Positions 1 through 8,778 of a stretch of 36,526 nt of DNA are shown one piece after another. The stretch covers positions 1 to 36,526 of the forward strand of contig JAYZBQ010000075.1 in NCBI GenBank assembly GCA_036338695.1. The letters are read 5' to 3'. Source of the stretch: Myxococcota bacterium. GTDB taxonomy: Bacteria; Myxococcota; UBA4151. Positions within the stretch are counted from its first letter, which is position 1. Every line of letters begins with the position of its first letter. The translations under genes were made by a program, and so were the position numbers. The notes below the pieces were generated by a model that was given only the letters and a program-made list of their open reading frames with translations, ran no database searches and had not been told where the DNA came from.

Positions 1-1578
1 CGGCGGGTCGTGGTCGCCCTGCGGGTCCTGATCGCCCTGCTGGTCCTGATCGCCCTGCTGGTCCTGATCGCCCTGCTGGTCCTGATCGCCCTGCTGGTCC
101 TGATCGCCCTGCTGGTCCTGATCGCCCTGCTGGTCTTGGTCGCCCTGCTGGCCCTGGTCGCCCTGCTGGTCCTGGTCGCCCTGCTGGTCAGGCTTTTTCG
201 GTTTGGGCGCCAACAAATGCCTGAGCCAAGGCGTCGCAACGGGGTGGTTTGGTTTGAGCTTGAGCGCATTGACGAGCGCCTCAAGCGCCTCCTTCTTCTC
301 ACCGCCTCGAGCCAGCGCCATCCCACGCGCAGCCTCAGCGTCTGCTCGCGCAGCTCCCTCGAGCCGCGCCGCCGCCCGGGCGAAGGCCGCCGCCGCTTTC
401 TGCGGCTCTCCCTGGCTCAGGAGCGCCAGCCCTTTGTTGTACGACAACGCGGGGTCTGCACCACGCGCCTCAGCTGTCTCGAAAGCCTTGAGCGCCTCGT
501 CGGCTTTGCCCTCTTTGAGCAAGGCCAGCCCGCGCCGAGCGTCTGGGTCTTCATGGCGCATCCCCGTCATCCCGGTAAGCAGCGGCAACATCAGCCAAAG
601 CGCTGCTTGAGCCGGCACACGCCGCGCCAACGCGCCCAGCAACCAGGCTCCAGCCAATAACCCCAGATACCAGCGCGGTCGGCGCTCGTAGCGCGAGGGG
701 CGCTCAGCTCGGCGATCCAGCGCCAGAATCGCGCGCTCGAGCCGATCCGCAGCGGGCGATCCTGGCTGCAGGCTAAACAGCAGGCCGCCCGACGCCTTCT
801 GCATCGCCTCGAGCCCGTCACGGTCTGTGCGACTCACCACGGGGCGCCCCTGCCGATCTCGAAGATAACCGCCAGCGCCGTCCGGCACCGGCTCCCCCAG
901 ATCCGAACCCACTGCGACCAGGTGGGTCTTCACGCCCGCAGCCTGGAGCCGGCTCCCGAGCGCCTTCATCTCTTCACCGCTGTGATCCTCGCCGTCCGTG
1001 AGCAGCACCAACACACGATCACCCTCGCCTGCCCGCTCAAAGATGTCGATGGCGAGGTCGATCGCCTGCGACAAGTCGGTCCCACCGACCGGCAAACTCC
1101 CCGGTTCGAGCTGCTGCAGATACCGACGAAAGATCGACAGGTCCGCTGTGAATGGACACTGCAGATGCGCCACGCCCGAGAAGGCGATCAGCCCCATCCG
1201 GTCCCCTTGCAGGCGCTGACTGATCGACTCGACCAAGATGCGCGCCGCGACCAGACGGTCAGGGCTCAGATCGCGCGCCGCCATCGAGCGGCTGGTGTCA
1301 ACAGCGATCAGCACGTCCAGCCCGCGCCCAGGAACGACCGTGGCTTCGGGCGCGCCCTCGAGCTGCGCAAAGCTCAGGACCGCTAAAACGAACGCGCTGG
1401 CGGCTAACAGCTTGACCAGGCGACGCCGAGGCTCACCCGACTGATTGCTGCGCAAGCTCGCCGGATCGCCCAGACGCTTCAGTGCGTCCGGCGCGCCGAT
1501 CACCAGACCGAACCCCCACCGCCACAGGAGCGGCAGCAAGCCAAGCAGCAGCAGCCAATAAGGTTCTGCAAAACGCAT
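1..1578 (-). CDS. BatB-like VWA domain protein fused to TM + TPR repeats + Gln/Asp-rich tail (BatB-BatC-like fusion); 3' end beyond window
   Basis: Manual minus-strand translation from ATG at 1578 (MRFAEPYWLLLLGLLPLL), 2 nt after the batA-like stop. MIDAS motif LIAVDTSRSM, LVLLTDGEDH, second hydrophobic segment (WYLGLLAGAWLLG...LWLMLPLL), TPR-like helices (GLALLKEGKADEALKAF, YNKGLALLSQGEPQKAAAAF, ALKLKPNHP), then DQQGDQ repeats. I found no stop in this frame before the window edge. Confidence 0.88.
   Translation of the reverse strand, partial: MRFAEPYWLLLLGLLPLLWRWGFGLVIGAPDALKRLGDPASLRSNQSGEPRRRLVKLLAASAFVLAVLSFAQLEGAPEATVVPGRGLDVLIAVDTSRSMAARDLSPDRLVAARILVESISQRLQGDRMGLIAFSGVAHLQCPFTADLSIFRRYLQQLEPGSLPVGGTDLSQAIDLAIDIFERAGEGDRVLVLLTDGEDHSGEEMKALGSRLQAAGVKTHLVAVGSDLGEPVPDGAGGYLRDRQGRPVVSRTDRDGLEAMQKASGGLLFSLQPGSPAADRLERAILALDRRAERPSRYERRPRWYLGLLAGAWLLGALARRVPAQAALWLMLPLLTGMTGMRHEDPDARRGLALLKEGKADEALKAFETAEARGADPALSYNKGLALLSQGEPQKAAAAFARAAARLEGAARADAEAARGMALARGGEKKEALEALVNALKLKPNHPVATPWLRHLLAPKPKKPDQQGDQDQQGDQGQQGDQDQQGDQDQQGDQDQQGDQDQQGDQDQQGDQDQQGDQDPQGDHDPP
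10..189 (-). repeat. 18-bp coding tandem repeat (CTGATCGCCCTGCTGGTC on +), about 10 units, encoding DQQGDQ on minus strand
   Basis: Six identical copies at 28-135, flanked by four near-identical copies (10-27, 136-153, 154-171, 172-189). In frame with the BatB/TPR gene. Confidence 0.95.
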
Positions 1579-1580
1579 CG

Positions 1581-2639
1581 CTATGCCCTCACCGGCGCCG
1601 CGGCACGAAGCGCCAGACCAAGGATCAGGATCAGACCCACCCACGGCATCAGCGCCGGCGCAAGGTCTCGAGTCCGAGCCCACGCTGCGCGGTCCTCAAG
1701 CTCGCTGCGCTGAAGGTCGTTGAGGATCGTGTGAAAGCGGTCGCGCAGCTCGTCCTCCGCACCCGCTTGGTAGGCGTCACCGCCCGTTGTCTCAGCGATC
1801 GCCTCGAGGAGCTCAGGGTTGGCAGGCAGCGCCGCCTGACCAATGCGCGCCATCTCGCCCTCCTGATCCGACAGCACCGGGACGACGCCTCGACCCTCGC
1901 CGATCAACACGGTGTCGACCCGCACGCCCTTGTCCGCGGCAGTTCGTGCGGCGTCTTTCGGCTCGACGTTGCCTGCGGTGTTGTCCCCGTCGGTCACGAG
2001 CACCAGCACTTTGGTGTGCGCCTCGCTGTCTTGAAGGCGAGCGACGCCGGCGAGCAGCGCGTTACCAATCGCCGTTCCGTCCGGTAACAAGCCTGGGCGG
2101 AGGTAACGCAGGACCTCCCGCAGATAGTCGTGGTCAAAGGTCGGCGGCACCTGCGGGAACGCATCGCCCGCAAAGACCACCAAGCCGATCCGGTCGCGAG
2201 GGCGGCGCTCGATGAACTCGTCGACGACGCGCCGCGCCGCGGCGATACGCGTGCGAAGCCGCGCCTCCTTGAGCGTCATGGCCCGTCGAAGGACCTGCTC
2301 GCCCGCGAGGTCGAGCGCGTTCATCGACGTCGACAGATCCAGCGCAACCACCACGTCAATCCCACTGCGTTGCTGCTGTCCGGCGCGATGCTGCCGAGGT
2401 CCTGCGAGCGCCACCGCGCCAAGCACGAAACTGCCGATCAGCGCCAAGCGCCCCAAAACATGGAGCCAACGCGCCCAACCGAAGCCTCGACCCAGCTCAC
2501 GAAAGGCCGCAGAGGTCGCCAGCGCCAGCTCGCGCTGCCGCCCGCCCCGCCACAGCTGAATCAGCGGCACCAACGCCAAGACCAAGACCCAAGGTCGCTC
2601 CCACAAGACACCAAAGAGGGGGGTTAACTGAGCGCTCAT
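1581..2639 (-). CDS. batA: BatA-like VWA domain membrane protein
   Basis: N-terminal TM (PWVLVLALVPL), ALAGP, MIDAS VVALDLSTSM, DRIGLVVFAGDA, GTAIGNALL, VLVTDGDN, C-terminal TM. Position in a MoxR-DUF58-VWA operon. Confidence 0.85.
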   Translation of the reverse strand: MSAQLTPLFGVLWERPWVLVLALVPLIQLWRGGRQRELALATSAAFRELGRGFGWARWLHVLGRLALIGSFVLGAVALAGPRQHRAGQQQRSGIDVVVALDLSTSMNALDLAGEQVLRRAMTLKEARLRTRIAAARRVVDEFIERRPRDRIGLVVFAGDAFPQVPPTFDHDYLREVLRYLRPGLLPDGTAIGNALLAGVARLQDSEAHTKVLVLVTDGDNTAGNVEPKDAARTAADKGVRVDTVLIGEGRGVVPVLSDQEGEMARIGQAALPANPELLEAIAETTGGDAYQAGAEDELRDRFHTILNDLQRSELEDRAAWARTRDLAPALMPWVGLILILGLALRAAAPVRA

Positions 2640-3586
2640 GACCGCTCCAACTCCGCCTGGGCACGCTCAGCGGTCCCCACCCACACCTCGACCTGGTCCA
2701 AGAGGTCGGCCATCGCCTCGCGGCTGGAGTCCTCAGCAGCGTAGCGAACGGCGTCGGCTTGCCGGAGCAGATCGCTCAACCCCACCCGCGGGATCCCGAC
2801 GATCCGCGTGGCGGCCAGCGCAGCGAGCAGCTCCTCGGTCGTCGACCGCTCGGCCGACAGGCCAAAGCGGCGGTCGAGGTAGACGCGCAAGCCAGCGAGC
2901 AGGTCAAACCAACACCCACGCAGAACATCCGGGTCATCATGGAGACGTCGGCGCAAACCATCGAGCACGGCGCGAAATTCCTTGGCTGCGTCCACCACGA
3001 CCTCCGGCTCGTCAGCGGGAGCGGGTGTGCGCGCCGTGTACGCGCGCAGTAAGATCACCAGCAAAATGATCCCAATACCTAGGGCTACAACGGGGAGGAT
3101 CCACGGCGCCGGTCCCGGCCGATAAACGACCATCCCCGGCAGGTCGGGATCCGGCGGCTCCGCTGACGGCCCCGCATCGTTCACGACCACCGGCAAAGCC
3201 GGAATGTTCAATACATCTTCGCCCACCCGCAGCTCGAATGAGGGCGTCTCCACGTTGGCGTTGGCGAGCAAAACAAAAGGAAACCGCAGGGTCTCGCTGA
3301 GCGATCCTTCAACCTCTTCGGGAGTACGCTCCGGCGCCCCGAGCGGCGCCAGCCCACGGCCCTCAGGCATCGCCTCCGGGACGGCGATCGCTAAGCTCTT
3401 GTCGTAGCGAAGGGTCAGGACCAACCAGACCCGGTCACCGGGTTGGGCGCCCTCCGCCTCGACCGCCACCTGCAACCCGTAATCGGCAGCCTCGGAGTAG
3501 CCGGCGTCGCGCACGACCGCTCCATCCCGCCCCGCCGCATCGCCGGGGGGACCGGCGTCGAGAGCCAGGAGGAGGACCCACAACAT
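2636..3586 (-). CDS. Bat-operon membrane protein (N-terminal beta-rich domain, single TM, C-terminal helical domain)
   Basis: ATG at 3586 overlaps the DUF58 stop (TAATG). MLWVLLLAL leader, TM WILPVVALGIGIILLVILL, C-terminal LRVYLDRRFGLSAERSTTEELL...ADAVRYA typical of the gene between DUF58 and batA. Confidence 0.75.
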   Translation of the reverse strand: MLWVLLLALDAGPPGDAAGRDGAVVRDAGYSEAADYGLQVAVEAEGAQPGDRVWLVLTLRYDKSLAIAVPEAMPEGRGLAPLGAPERTPEEVEGSLSETLRFPFVLLANANVETPSFELRVGEDVLNIPALPVVVNDAGPSAEPPDPDLPGMVVYRPGPAPWILPVVALGIGIILLVILLRAYTARTPAPADEPEVVVDAAKEFRAVLDGLRRRLHDDPDVLRGCWFDLLAGLRVYLDRRFGLSAERSTTEELLAALAATRIVGIPRVGLSDLLRQADAVRYAAEDSSREAMADLLDQVEVWVGTAERAQAELERS

Positions 3587-4485
3587 TACGCAACCCTTCG
3601 CTGCGCAGCGCGCCGGCGCAACCACGCCATGAGCGCCGGCAAGGGATCATCACCTGCGACCAACTCGACCAGACCTGCGCCGCATCGCGCCACCGCCTGA
3701 CGCACCTCAGCCTCGGCGCGCTCGCGCTCGCTGCGGTACCGCGCCCGAAGCGCCGAGTCGCTCGTATCGATCACCCCAAGCCCTTCAACGCGCAGCAAGC
3801 CAGCGTTCGGCAGGGCGCGCTCCAGCGGGTCGCGAACAGCCAGGCAGAGCACCTCATGGCGTGCAGCGAGCAGCGGCAGCGCATCCACCTGGTCGACGTC
3901 GAGGAAGTCACCGATCAAAACGACCATCGCGTTGCGCCGGAGGAGCCGAGCGCAGCGCTCGATGGCGCCGCTGATCGGCTCGACCTCCCGACTGTACTCG
4001 GGCGAGACCAGCACCTCTCGAATGATCCGCATCGCCGGGTCCATCCCTTTCGCCGGCGCCAACCCCATCGGGTTGGGTTCACCGAAGGTCACCAGCCCGA
4101 CTCGGTCCCGGTTGCGCACGGCGAGCACGGCGAGCAACGCCGCCGCCTCCGCCGCGGTGTCGACCTTCCGTTGAGCGCTCGAGCCAAAATGCATCTGACG
4201 CCCGCGATGGACGACGAGCATGACCGTGCCCTCACGTTCCTCATGGTACCGCCGAACGAAGGGCTTCCCCATCCGCCCCGTTGCGTTCCAGTCGATGTGG
4301 CGGACGTCGTCGCCGGGACGGTACTCGTCGAGCTCAGCAAAATCGAGACCTTGCCCCTTGAACGTCGAGCGATAGGCACCCGCCGCCTCGGCGCTGCTCA
4401 TGCGCGACGCGAGCGCCACCGCTCGCCGGACCCGCATCAGCAGTTGACGCGTGCGATCGTGCGTCGAGGTGTCTTGTCGACTCAA
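3586..4485 (-). CDS. DUF58 domain protein (MoxR-associated)
   Basis: GAYRSTFKGQGLDFAELDEYRPGDDVRHIDWNATGR...VRRYHEERE, DRVGLVTF, VLIGDFLD. Confidence 0.92.
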   Translation of the reverse strand: MSRQDTSTHDRTRQLLMRVRRAVALASRMSSAEAAGAYRSTFKGQGLDFAELDEYRPGDDVRHIDWNATGRMGKPFVRRYHEEREGTVMLVVHRGRQMHFGSSAQRKVDTAAEAAALLAVLAVRNRDRVGLVTFGEPNPMGLAPAKGMDPAMRIIREVLVSPEYSREVEPISGAIERCARLLRRNAMVVLIGDFLDVDQVDALPLLAARHEVLCLAVRDPLERALPNAGLLRVEGLGVIDTSDSALRARYRSERERAEAEVRQAVARCGAGLVELVAGDDPLPALMAWLRRRAAQRRVA

Positions 4486-5471
4486 GGAACCGGGACCGCC
4501 GAGAGGATTCTGCCCACGATCTCGTCGGCGGAGACACCCTCAGCGCGCGCCTCATAGCTCAGCACCATCCGGTGCCTGAGCACATCGCCTGCCATCGACT
4601 TGACGTCATCCGGCGTGACGTACGCTCGGCGCGCCAGGATCGCCTGCGCACGCGCCGCCAGGCCAAGCCCGATGCTGGCGCGCGGCGAAGCTCCATACTC
4701 GAGCAGCCCCTCTAGATCGCGAACTTTGTAGGCTTTGGGGTCGCGGGTCGCGAACACCAAATCCACCATGTAGTCGCGCACGCGCTCGTCCACGTAGATC
4801 TGAGGCAGCAGCGCGCTCAGTTGCTCGAGCTCGGCAGCAGAAGCCACCGGCTCAATCGCGCTGGCGGTCGGCATAATCACCGAATCGACGATCTGGCGCT
4901 CCTCCTCCAGGCTCGGATAGTCCACATGCACATGCAGAAGGAAACGATCCAATTGCGCCTCAGGGAGCTGGTAGGTCCCTTCTTGCTCGATCGGGTTCTG
5001 GGTCGCCATCACGGCGAAAGGCTTGGGGAGCTGGTGCGTTCCGTCACCGAGCGTGACCTGCCGCTCAGCCATCGCCTCGAGCAGCGCGGACTGCACCTTT
5101 GCGGGGGCTCGGTTGACCTCGTCGGCGAGGACAAGATTTGAAAAGACGGGCCCTTTGCGCGTCTCAAAACGCCCGTCTTGGGGGCGATAGATCGTCGTAC
5201 CGGTTAGGTCGGAGGGGAGCAGATCAGGGGTGAACTGGATCCTGCGGAATTCGAGGGCGACCGCCTGAGCCAACGCGTTGATCGTGCGTGTTTTCGCCAG
5301 CCCCGGGACCCCCTCAACCAGAAGGTGACCACGCGCTAGCAACGCTGCGAGCAACCGATCGACGAGCACGGTCTGTCCCACGATCACCTTAGCGACCTGT
5401 TCGCGTACAGCCACCAACACGGCTCCCTGCCGGCTGACGACCTCCGTAAGCTCTCCAAGCGCTGTGTTCAC
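4482..5471 (-). CDS. moxR: MoxR-family AAA+ ATPase
   Basis: Walker A HLLVEGVPGLAKT, RIQFTPDLLPSD, Walker B LVLADEVNRAPAKVQSALLEAM, ATQNPIEQEGTYQLPEAQLDRF, GASPRA. Start set at GTG 5471 because GGAGG lies 7 nt upstream (ORF track extends to 5531). Confidence 0.95.
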   Translation of the reverse strand: MNTALGELTEVVSRQGAVLVAVREQVAKVIVGQTVLVDRLLAALLARGHLLVEGVPGLAKTRTINALAQAVALEFRRIQFTPDLLPSDLTGTTIYRPQDGRFETRKGPVFSNLVLADEVNRAPAKVQSALLEAMAERQVTLGDGTHQLPKPFAVMATQNPIEQEGTYQLPEAQLDRFLLHVHVDYPSLEEERQIVDSVIMPTASAIEPVASAAELEQLSALLPQIYVDERVRDYMVDLVFATRDPKAYKVRDLEGLLEYGASPRASIGLGLAARAQAILARRAYVTPDDVKSMAGDVLRHRMVLSYEARAEGVSADEIVGRILSAVPVP

Positions 5472-5558
5472 CAACGTGCCTCCCAAAATCTCAATGAAGT
5501 GGGTCAAAGCGCGGCCAGCGCCCGACGTCAAGCGTCAGTAACGGACGGGCTCAAAACT

Positions 5559-6524
5559 TCATTTCAGCGCGTCGAGAAAATCGCCGGGCAGGGGTGCAAC
5601 GACGCGCTGTGAACCACCACCAGGCTCAGGAAACTCGAGGGCGGCGGCATGCAAGAGGTGACGCGACCCACCAAAGAGTTGCGCCAGCTCATCGCTCAAC
5701 CCTCCCTCGCAGAACGCGTCGTACGCCTCGTCGGGTGCGCTGCCGTAAATCTTATCACCGACGATCGGGTAGCCCAGATGCGCGAGATGCGCCCGCAGCT
5801 GATGCATCCGCCCGGTCTCCGGAAAGCACCGCACCAGCGAACGCCCCGAGCTGAGATGTCGCTCGAGCCGAAAGGACGTCTTCGCCTCGAGCCCTCCAGC
5901 CACGACGGCTTGCTTGACGCGAATGACCGACGACGACGGGTCTGCGCCCAGCGCACCATCACAGCGCATCGACTCAGGCGCTTCCCCCTCCACGATGGCT
6001 AAGTACTCCTTGCGCACACGCTTTCGCTCAAAGGCGATCCCAAGCCGACGGTCGGCGTCGAACCCAAGCGCAACCAACAGCACGCCGCTGGTCTCTCGAT
6101 CGAGTCGATGGACGAGGCGGGCGTCGTTAAAGCCTTCGGGCTGACGCTCCATCCACGCAGTGACGGTCTGGTGGAAGTAGCGCGCCGTGGGATGAACGGT
6201 CAGATTACCGGGCTTATCGAGCGCCACCCAATCCGGTCCGCGCGTCAACTCGACAGGCCAGCCGCCTGCCGGGGGCTCGGGGGGCGGGATACGCCAGAGA
6301 GCCACCTGGTCACCCGCTACCACGCGCTGCGCAGACGAGGCGACCTGCCCATTCACTTCGACGTCCCCGCGCCCGATCACTCGCTGTACGCGGCTGCGGC
6401 TCAGGCGCTGAATCTTCGTAGAGAGGTATTGATCGAGCCGTTGGCGCGCCTCGCTGCCGTCCACCTCAAACCGCACGGCGATGGCTCCAGGTTGGCCTCG
6501 CACCGATGCCGTTGGGTCAGCCAT
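5559..6524 (-). CDS. RluA/RluD-family pseudouridine synthase with N-terminal S4 domain
   Basis: S4-like RLDQYLS...SRSRVQRVI, ALDKPGNLTVHP, catalytic VHRLDRETSG, TGRMHQLRAH, PIVGDKIYG, LLHAAALEF. Confidence 0.93.
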   Translation of the reverse strand: MADPTASVRGQPGAIAVRFEVDGSEARQRLDQYLSTKIQRLSRSRVQRVIGRGDVEVNGQVASSAQRVVAGDQVALWRIPPPEPPAGGWPVELTRGPDWVALDKPGNLTVHPTARYFHQTVTAWMERQPEGFNDARLVHRLDRETSGVLLVALGFDADRRLGIAFERKRVRKEYLAIVEGEAPESMRCDGALGADPSSSVIRVKQAVVAGGLEAKTSFRLERHLSSGRSLVRCFPETGRMHQLRAHLAHLGYPIVGDKIYGSAPDEAYDAFCEGGLSDELAQLFGGSRHLLHAAALEFPEPGGGSQRVVAPLPGDFLDALK

Positions 6525-7554
6525 TTCCTGCTGTCAGCGCGGGGCGCATATTGACCAGTGGAATCGGCAGGTCATCCACCGCAAACTCAACCTCTGTGCG
6601 CCACCCGGCGCCGTCACCGCCCACCTGATAAGGTAGCGGCGCATCGCTCTCGATGCGGATCCGGCTGCAGAGGAAGTCAAAGCACCCTTGGGGGTTTCGA
6701 TAGCTCCCTCGCCAGAGCGCGCCGATGTTAGCGACGGCGTGAAACACGCTCACGCTTGCGACGCGCAGCTGAAAGGTTCCCGGCTTTTGACCGGCGAATG
6801 GAAAGATGCGGACGCCGTAACCATAAAACGGCACCGACCCGACGGAAGCCACCGAGGCGGCGCCTTCGAACAAAACGGCTCCTGCTGGATGCTCCACCGG
6901 CTCATCGCCGTTGAGCGGGTCCATGTACCAAGCAGGCTCAAGCGCTGTGATCCGCATCGTCGTCGAGATCCCTCGCCCTCGCACGTGCCGTGGGATGGTC
7001 TTGAGACCGAGCGCCACGAAGTAGCCGGCGACCGAATGGAACAAGCGCTTGAGGATCGGGTTGTCGATCCGCTCTTTGAGCCAGAGGTAGTCGTTGAGCA
7101 GCTCGCCATCGTAGCCCAACCCGGCAAACGGGAAGCGGCGACCTTCGGCCACGACCATATCCACTGGGATGGGTGGTCCCACGCGACCATCTCGAAGGCG
7201 CATCAGATCACGCGTCGGGCGGCTCGCACCGGTCAAACCGGCAACGGCGTTGCCCGTACCTAGGCGCAGAAGCCCGATCTGAGGGTAGTCGCGTGGGCGA
7301 TCGTTCGGACGCGCCAGGTTCTCAGCGCGCACTCGATCGACGACGTCATTGACCACCTGAACGAAGGTCCCGTCGCCTCCGCCGCTCATGATCCGCTCGT
7401 ACCCCGCCTCAACCAAGTGTGCGGTGATGGCGCGCGCCTCATCCATTGAGGTGGAGATGAACAGGTCGCGCTCAGGGATCAGCTGCCGAAAATTGGAGAT
7501 GAGGCGCGGCCCGACGCGTTTGGCGTTCCCGTTTAGCACGACCGCCGTCTTCAT
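6517..7554 (-). CDS. Diacylglycerol/lipid kinase family protein
   Basis: VVLNGNA, GGGDGT, LRLGTGNAVA, FAGLGYDG, PFYGYG, YQVGGD motifs. Confidence 0.88.
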   Translation of the reverse strand: MKTAVVLNGNAKRVGPRLISNFRQLIPERDLFISTSMDEARAITAHLVEAGYERIMSGGGDGTFVQVVNDVVDRVRAENLARPNDRPRDYPQIGLLRLGTGNAVAGLTGASRPTRDLMRLRDGRVGPPIPVDMVVAEGRRFPFAGLGYDGELLNDYLWLKERIDNPILKRLFHSVAGYFVALGLKTIPRHVRGRGISTTMRITALEPAWYMDPLNGDEPVEHPAGAVLFEGAASVASVGSVPFYGYGVRIFPFAGQKPGTFQLRVASVSVFHAVANIGALWRGSYRNPQGCFDFLCSRIRIESDAPLPYQVGGDGAGWRTEVEFAVDDLPIPLVNMRPALTAGNG

Positions 7555-8183
7555 GGAGCCTCCTCGCCACCATCAACCGGAGGACCAGCATCGGCGCGAA
7601 CGAGGCGATCGGCAAGGGCTGGTGTCGTCGGCGCGTCGGTCACTGCCGGCGCCTCAGAGACGACCGGCTCAAACTCAAGCTTCGGTGCGCCGCCGCGCGC
7701 AAGAACGAGGCATGCGCGCAAGGCGAGCGACGACGTCACAGGCTCTCCATCGCAGCGGATGACCCGCCCTCGCCGGCTCAAACCCCGCTGGTCTTCGAGC
7801 ACCAGGAGGCTCGAGTCGAGGCGCAACCCAACGACGGCGCTCGGCGCCTCGCTGAGCATCGTGAGCAGACGCTCGCGAGCGATCCCGCCGAAGGCGGTCT
7901 CTTGCGGCTGTTTGGGAGCACTCGCTGGCGCCACGCTCACCCGCACCAGCCAAGCCTCCTCGCCCAGCTTTACAGACTGCAGCACATTGACCCTCTCGTT
8001 GGGTGCGAGAGCGACCTGTTGCGGACGAGCAGGGCTCACCACCACACCGAGGCGCCCACTGACAGGATGAAGCGTCGGCAGGGTGCGTGCGACAGGCTTC
8101 GGCGGCGCCATCCACAGCGCCGCTAGACCGCCCTCGCACGCAGCCGGGCCAAGCATGGCCAAACACATGATGGGACGTATCAT
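7551..8183 (-). CDS. Hypothetical exported/lipoprotein, possible degenerate PDZ-like C-terminal domain
   Basis: ATGA-type overlaps with both neighbours. N-terminus ends in AAC (weak lipobox). GLSRRGRVIRCDGEPVTS loosely resembles the PDZ GL..GD.I..ING..V segment. Confidence 0.55.
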   Translation of the reverse strand: MIRPIMCLAMLGPAACEGGLAALWMAPPKPVARTLPTLHPVSGRLGVVVSPARPQQVALAPNERVNVLQSVKLGEEAWLVRVSVAPASAPKQPQETAFGGIARERLLTMLSEAPSAVVGLRLDSSLLVLEDQRGLSRRGRVIRCDGEPVTSSLALRACLVLARGGAPKLEFEPVVSEAPAVTDAPTTPALADRLVRADAGPPVDGGEEAP

Positions 8184-8422
8184 CCCTGAAGGGCGGCCAT
8201 GCGCAGCTGAGTGTGGAGCTGTTCGATGCGCTCGCGCTGCTCCGAGGGGACATCGGACGACAGGCTCTCGAGGAGCACGCCGAGAAGATCAACGAACCAG
8301 CGGGCACGCTCAGGGTCCACGGGCGCTTGCTCACCGGGGACGTCTAACTTTCCCATGGCGCCAAGGGCTAACGCCGCAATGAACTCGCCGAGGTCAGCGA
8401 GCTCGGGTTGGGGAAGGCTCAA
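8180..8422 (-). CDS. DUF1844-like small protein
   Basis: EFIAALALGAMGKL...VDPERARWFVDLLGVLLE...EQRERIEQLHTQLRMA follows the DUF1844 pattern. 4-nt overlaps on both sides. Confidence 0.7.
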   Translation of the reverse strand: MSLPQPELADLGEFIAALALGAMGKLDVPGEQAPVDPERARWFVDLLGVLLESLSSDVPSEQRERIEQLHTQLRMAALQG

Positions 8423-8610
8423 GCCTGCTCCCCGGAGTCGGCGGTGTCGCTCGCTTCGCCGCCAAGGTCGATCGTCTCAACCTCATCGGCGAGGTCCGGC
8501 AACTGCTCAAGGTAGCTCGAGAAGGCGTCAGCGGTCAGGTCGCCGCGGTCCAAAAGACGCTCCTGCAGGCGCTTATCAATCAGATCTGGAATGCTTTTCT
8601 TGTCGCCCAT
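8419..8610 (-). CDS. Small acidic hypothetical protein (63 aa)
   Basis: First ORF of the operon, divergent from the sigma factor. DKRLQERLLDRGDLT...YLEQLPDLAD helical core with acidic tail. Overlaps the next gene by 4 nt. Confidence 0.7.
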   Translation of the reverse strand: MGDKKSIPDLIDKRLQERLLDRGDLTADAFSSYLEQLPDLADEVETIDLGGEASDTADSGEQA

Positions 8611-8716
8611 GTTGTCACTTTCCGGCAGGAAGCTCCTGCACCGAGGGATGCGGTCACTTCCTTATGGAGGCGACGCTGTCAATCGTATGTTGGGTTTTGG
8701 GCAACAAATAAACTAT

Positions 8717-8756
8717 TCAACTAAACACTTGCATAGTTGATAAAGAGGTTTATGAT
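8717..8756 (+). promoter_or_regulatory. Candidate sigma70-type promoter (TTGCAT-N16-TATGAT) with inverted repeat TCAACTA-N10-TAGTTGA straddling the -35
   Basis: AT-rich island in a GC-rich region. TTGCAT 8729-8734, TATGAT 8751-8756, inverted arms 8717-8723 and 8734-8740. Confidence 0.5.
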
Positions 8757-8778
8757 GAGCGGTGAACGGAGCCAGACG

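Noticed and set aside
10..189. Repeat array as possible CRISPR
   Set aside because: Head-to-tail 18-bp units with no unique spacers, in frame within a CDS, and no cas genes in the window.
10..660. Plus-strand ORF with a striking (LIALLV)n hydrophobic repeat
   Set aside because: It is the codon-aligned antisense of the DQQGDQ repeat and TPR region of the BatB-like gene. The minus frame has clear family motifs and operon context.
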